64,000 nucleotides of DNA from Octopus sinensis (taxonomy: Eukaryota). Below are positions 61,182-64,000 of this stretch, in pieces; positions within the stretch are counted from its first letter, which is position 1, and every line of letters begins with the position of its first letter. The position numbers were made by a program, and so were the translations under genes. The notes beneath the pieces are model-generated. The model searched no databases and was not told the origin of the DNA. It saw only the letters and a list, made by a program, of their open reading frames with translations. Where the stretch lies: assembly GCF_006345805.1 (NCBI RefSeq), contig NC_042997.1, forward strand, positions 15,748,001 through 15,812,000. Direction: 5' to 3'.

Positions 61182-62247
61182 ATGTAGAGGTTTACAACCG
61201 AAGCTCATCCGAATGTACCAAGGCGCAGGAGTGGCTGTGTGGTAAGTAGCTTGTTTACCAACCACATGGTTCCGGGTTCAGTCCCACTGCGTGGCACCTT
61301 GGGCAAGTGTCTTCTACTATAGCTTCGGGCCGACCAATGCCTTGTGAGTGGATTTGGTAGACGGAAACTGAAAGAAGCCCGTCGTATATATGTATATAAT
61401 ATATATGCGTGTGTGTGTTTGTGTGTCTGTGTTTGTCCCCCTAGCATTGCTTGACAACGATGCTGGTGTGTATACGTCCCCGCAACTTAGCGGTTCGGCA
61501 AAAGAGAGACGATAGAATAAGTACTGGGGTTACAAAGAATAAGTTCCGGGGTCGATTGATCGACTAAAGGCGGTGGCTCCAGCATGGCCGCAGTCAAATG
61601 ACTGAAACAAGTACAAAGAGTAAAAGAGTAAGAGTAAAAAAACAGTATTTAACAAATAAAAATTGACCCATATTTTGTTGTTCTTAGATTCATCACCTTC
61701 CTTTGGTCATCCCATATTTGCCTCACTTTTCTTCAATGCCCCCACCCCCGATGTTTCCCCCCCCCCCGGCAGTACCGCCCACTTTCGGAACCACTGATGT
61801 AGAGGTTTTACAAACGAAGCTCATCCGAATGTACCAAGCGCAGGAGTGGCTGTGTGGTAAGTAGCTTGTTTACCAACCACATGGTTCCGGTTCAGTCCCA
61901 CTGCGTGGCACTTGGGCAAGTGTTTTACTATAGCTTCGGGCCGACCATGCCTTGTGAGTGGATTTGTAGACGGAAACTGAAAGAAGCCCGTCGTATATAT
62001 GTATATATATATATGCGTTTGTGTGTGGTTTGTGTGTGTGTTGTCCCCCTAGCATTGCTTGACAACCGATGCTGGTGTATTTATGTCCCCGTTACTTCGG
62101 TTCGGCAAAAGAGACTGATAGATAGTAGTACTGGGCTTACAAAAGAATAAGTCCCGGGATCGAGTTGCTCGATTAAAAGGCGGTGCTCCAGCATGGCCGC
62201 AGTCAAATGACTGAAACAAGTAAAAGAGAGAAAAAGAGAAAAGAGAG
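60590..62247 (+). mobile_element. Three SINE-A copies (60590, 61222, 61838) with a duplicated ~200-bp spacer
   Basis: Spacer 61021-61221 repeated at ~61637-61837. Confidence 0.9.
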
Positions 62248-62487
62248 TAGTTTCTACCAATATTTTACATGTCAGTGGTACAGAGCAATGGCAGTTGGCA
62301 GCTGGAATTCAGTGAGAGCCACCTCTAGCAGACTCCTATACGACTGAGCAGCTCTAAGTTAGAGATCGGGCAGAATCTCTAATCTATGCAGGTATCAGTT
62401 GAGATGACTCGGGCATGTAGTACATATATTTACTCTAATTTTATCCTTGGGACCCAACATCAAGACCCCGGCCAGCTACACAGTGGT

Positions 62488-62587
62488 NNNNNNNNNNNNN
62501 NNNNNNNNNNNNNNNNNNNNNNNNNNNNNNNNNNNNNNNNNNNNNNNNNNNNNNNNNNNNNNNNNNNNNNNNNNNNNNNNNNNNNNN
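62488..62587. other. Assembly gap (100 N)
   Basis: Direct reading. Confidence 1.
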
Positions 62588-62865
62588 ATTCCTTGTCTGT
62601 CATTACACTGTCTGGGATTCCTTCAGCGAGTCAATCCTTCCTTCTCTATCATCCCCGTTGTCTATCATTCCTTTTGTTTGCCATGTCAGTCCATCAGTCA
62701 GTCATTTATGTCGTCATTTCCATATTCGTCTCTTTTGCTGTTATTTCTCTCTCCCTGCTTGCTCTTCCATCCGTTCGTCATTCAATCTATTTGTCATTCC
62801 GGCTGTTCGTTATTCTTTCTTCTACTTCATTCCTTTTGACTCGCATTCTTACTGCACTCCTTAAC

Positions 62866-62949
<84 letters not shown>

Positions 62950-62978
62950 CCTATCTATCTATCTATCTATCTATCTAC

Positions 62979-63073
<95 letters not shown>

Positions 63074-63139
63074 CCTATCCCTCTATCTATCTACCTATCT
63101 ATCTACCTATCCCTCTATCTATCTAGCTATCTATCTATC

Positions 63140-63222
<83 letters not shown>
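62866..63222. repeat. (CTAT)n array
   Basis: Direct reading. Confidence 0.95.
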
Positions 63223-63223
<1 letters not shown>

Positions 63224-63656
63224 CTTGGTGTTTTCCTTCAGTATCCTTTCAATATATACACTTACTCTCCTTCATTACTGTTCTTTCCTTACTATCTCGT
63301 TCTCTTTTATTCTACCCTATCCCTACTTTCTTCCATCTTTCCTTATCGATCCTTACTCCTATTTTTGTTTGGTTGTTCGTTTCTTTCTTCCTTCCTTTCT
63401 TTCTTTACCTTCTTTAATTCCTCGTTCTTTATTTTTGTACTTACTTCTTTTTTTTTTGTCTTTTCATTCTTTAGTTCCTCCTTCCCTCCCTCCCTCGTTC
63501 GCCATTTCTTGCCAATATTTTTTCTTCTTTTTCTTTCGTTTATAAATAATCTCTTTCCTCTGTCTGTTCGTCTTTCTGCTTTCTCTCTCTCTCTCTCTAT
63601 CTGACAATATCTCTTCCTTTCGTATACTGTGTGTATATATTTATATATATATATAT

Positions 63657-63706
<50 letters not shown>

Positions 63707-64000
63707 GTATGTATGCATATCTGTGTGTACATGTGTGTGTGTGGTGTGTGTGTGTGTGAATTTCACTATGTATTTTTATTTACTGGATTTTCTTATTTGC
63801 TCTTATTTGTGACCCATCATTCTGTCTCTCCCTCCCCCTCTCTCTCTCTCTCTCTCTCTCTCTCCCTTTCTACTGTGTCAGACGTGTGTGTGTGTGTATA
63901 TATGTGTATGCGAATGTAAGAACACACACACACATACATACACACATCAATATCTGTATACATATGTGGATGTGTATCTGTCAATGAGTGTCTATTACAC

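Overview
Eukaryotic, AT-rich, repeat-saturated DNA with no intact protein-coding gene. The SINE families, microsatellite load and divergent 18S sequence suggest an octopus (cephalopod) genome; this is inferred from recalled repeat families, not from a search. The window is dominated by four tRNA-derived SINE families that I label provisionally: SINE-A (head GCGCAGGAGTGGCTGTGTGG, CORE-like CCTTGGGCAAGTGTC, internal (TA)n/(TG)n), SINE-B (head GGCGGCGAGCTGGCAG, core GTCGACTTTGCCTTTCATCC, two alternative tails), SINE-C (head GTGGAGGCGCAATGGCCCAG) and SINE-D (core GAGCAAGGCACTTTATTTCACG). It also holds LINE fragments (Tx1/L1, CR1/L2, RTE, R4/Dong-like), a decayed mariner, several MITEs, two non-autonomous Helitrons, local duplications and a 100-N gap. 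Most supplied ORFs are microsatellite or antisense artefacts. Most unusual observations: (1) a 5' 18S rRNA fragment enclosed in ~125-bp inverted repeats, within a repeat whose two other copies lack that cassette; (2) a near-intact 5'-truncated Tx1 element in a (CTAT)n array; (3) a ~484-bp hairpin-bearing tandem array with a terminal fold-back, inserted in a SINE's (TA)n; (4) a 28-bp-TIR, 8-bp-TSD MITE carrying (TTAGGG)n; (5) a Helitron flanked by a 32-bp direct duplication; (6) SINE module shuffling and self-nesting; (7) two phase-compatible candidate micro-exons on the minus strand. All coordinates were read by eye and may be off by a few bases at decayed ends.
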